A stretch of DNA of 64,000 nucleotides from Frankia alni (GTDB lineage: Bacteria; Actinomycetota; Actinomycetes; Frankiales; Frankiaceae): positions 32,938 to 96,937 of the forward strand of contig JAMFSN010000116.1 in assembly GCA_026225295.1 (NCBI GenBank). Reading direction: 5' to 3'. The translations under genes were made by a program, and so were the position numbers. Positions within the stretch are counted from its first letter, which is position 1. Every line of letters starts with the position of its first letter. Below are positions 62,526-64,000 of this stretch, in pieces. The notes under the pieces are model-generated. The model was not told the origin of the DNA, did no database searches, and saw only the letters and a program-made list of their open reading frames with translations.

Positions 62526-64000
62526 TCAGCTCACTTCTTCGGGTTCGAACAGCCGGAGGTGGTGGGCGATCGCGGCGGCCTCGCCGCGGGTCGCGACCCC
62601 CAGCTTGGCCAGGATGTTCGAGACGTGGGTGCTGGCCGTCTTGGCGCTGATGAACAATGTCGAGGCGATCTGCGGATTCGTGCGACCGACCGTGAGGTGC
62701 CGCAAAACCTCGACCTCACGGGGGGTGAGTCCGAACCGGCTGGCGTCATCGGCCGGCTCGGTCGCGCTTCCCGCCCCGCCGCCGACCCCGCCCTGGGCGC
62801 CCGGGGTGCCGGCCGGGGGTTCGGCCGCGCCCAGCGGCAACCGGCCGCGCCGGGCCAGCGCCTCGACCTCCCGGCCCAGGAGCACCGCGCCGAGCCGTTC
62901 GGTCGTTTCGTGCGCGCACCGCAGCGTCCGCTCGGCGGCGTCCCGGTCGCCCACCGCGAGGAGCGCTTCCGCGGAGCGGTAGGAGACGTAGGCCTGTACG
63001 TAGGGTTGGCCCTCGGAACTCCAGGCGTGGACCGCCGCCGACCAGGCGGCCGGGCTCGGGCGCCCGTCGGCGCGGGTCAGCTCGGCGGCCAGCAGGACCG
63101 TCCAGGCCTCGATCTCGGTGTTTCCGTGGGCGGGGGTCAGGCCGGCCTCGGTGGCCAGCAGATGGGCGGCCTCGAGTGCCGCGTCGAGGGCGTCCCCGTC
63201 GCGCCGGGCCCGGGCCCGTTCCGCGGCGTCGCCCGCGGCCCGCATGGCCAGGGCGAGCAGCGGCGCGGCGTAGCGGGACACGTCGTCGAGGTCGTGCTGG
63301 CGCAGCGCGGCCAGGGCCCGGCCGGCCACACCGTCCGGCTCACCGCGCCAGATGGCCAGCTCCGCGCCCACCGCCGCGATCGGCAGGGTGTACTGGGCGC
63401 CGACGAAGCGGACCGCCAGCAGCTCGTTGGCCTCCTCCAGATCGCGGCGGGCGTCCTCCAGCCGCCCCTTGGCCAGGGACATCTGGGCCCGTAGGGCGTG
63501 GATGAAAACGGCGTGGACCCCGACCGGCCCGAGCTGGAACATGTCCGTGACCAGTTCCGCGGCCTCGTCCCAGCGACCGGCCTTGAACAGCGCCTCGTCC
63601 ACGTTGCCGGCCAGGATCGTCCCGGAATTGCGGGCCAGCCCGATGCGGGCGGCCTGGCGCATGCCGTCCCGACCGACGTCGATGGCCTCCTCGAACCGCC
63701 CGGCCGACAGCGCCTGGTCGGATTCGTTGACGTAGGTGGTGACCACCATGTTGTCGTCACCCAGCTCCCGGGCGATCCGCCGGGCCTCGCGCACCATTCC
63801 GATATCGGGCGGAGCGGAGCCCCCCGCGCCGCACCCCAGCACGAGCAGCGCCTGGGCTTCGGCGCGGCGGTTGCCGACCTGCCGGGCCAGCGCGAGCGCT
63901 TCCTCCGTGACGACCCGGGCCTCCTTGGCCCGGGGCACGAGGGTCAGCGTCTTGCCCAGCGCGGCCAGAACCTGCGCCCGGACCTCGGTGGGCGGCTCGG
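62526..64000 (-). CDS. LAL-type LuxR family transcriptional regulator, 5' end outside the window
   Basis: C-terminal HTH LTPREVEVLRHLTVGRTNPQIASTLFISAKTASTHVSNILAKLGV preceded by TPR-like helical repeats. The frame stays open from 63938 to the window edge. Confidence 0.85.
   Translation of the reverse strand, partial: EPPTEVRAQVLAALGKTLTLVPRAKEARVVTEEALALARQVGNRRAEAQALLVLGCGAGGSAPPDIGMVREARRIARELGDDNMVVTTYVNESDQALSAGRFEEAIDVGRDGMRQAARIGLARNSGTILAGNVDEALFKAGRWDEAAELVTDMFQLGPVGVHAVFIHALRAQMSLAKGRLEDARRDLEEANELLAVRFVGAQYTLPIAAVGAELAIWRGEPDGVAGRALAALRQHDLDDVSRYAAPLLALAMRAAGDAAERARARRDGDALDAALEAAHLLATEAGLTPAHGNTEIEAWTVLLAAELTRADGRPSPAAWSAAVHAWSSEGQPYVQAYVSYRSAEALLAVGDRDAAERTLRCAHETTERLGAVLLGREVEALARRGRLPLGAAEPPAGTPGAQGGVGGGAGSATEPADDASRFGLTPREVEVLRHLTVGRTNPQIASTLFISAKTASTHVSNILAKLGVATRGEAAAIAHHLRLFEPEEVS

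Overview
Very GC-rich (roughly 70% or more by eye), densely coding segment that looks like an actinobacterial chromosome. All family calls come from reading the translated ORFs and recognising motifs; no database search was run. I support about 60 protein-coding genes.

Layout:
- Left two thirds (0-51 kb): a mixed accessory/housekeeping region. It holds transporters (several MFS, PitA, an ABC solute-binding protein), a two-module sensor kinase, NAD kinase plus a PPTase, a WD40 Ser/Thr kinase, a type III PKS, flotillin/NfeD, SerA plus an FAD-linked oxidase, and a CopC-CopD copper operon.
- 51.3-59.7 kb: the conserved actinobacterial cluster pgsA-like, DUF881, small basic protein, DUF881, gcvH, GarA/OdhI-like FHA protein, MerR (Rv1828/FtsR-like), bifunctional nuclease, MerR. 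As I recall it, this is syntenic with M. tuberculosis Rv1822-Rv1830.
- Right edge: a DrrAB-like ABC exporter and a partial LAL/LuxR regulator.

I recognised no rRNA, tRNA, CRISPR array, transposase or integrase.

Signals outside the ORF track:
- a ydaO-type (cyclic-di-AMP) riboswitch in front of an NlpC/P60 hydrolase
- about 700 bp of nested degenerate direct repeats filling one intergenic gap (28.5-29.2 kb)
- palindromic operator candidates in two divergent regulator/MFS promoters
- several perfect 14-22 bp tandem duplications, two of which span stop codons
- clear gene decay: a cholesterol-oxidase-like pseudogene, a YCII/ECF-sigma remnant, a truncated epimerase, and two frameshifted genes

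I did not find a multi-gene system that I can confidently call novel. The best candidates for something undescribed are the repeat array, the two-module kinase, the uncharacterised N-terminal-His membrane protein coupled to CopC-CopD, and the OsmC-methyltransferase fusion.
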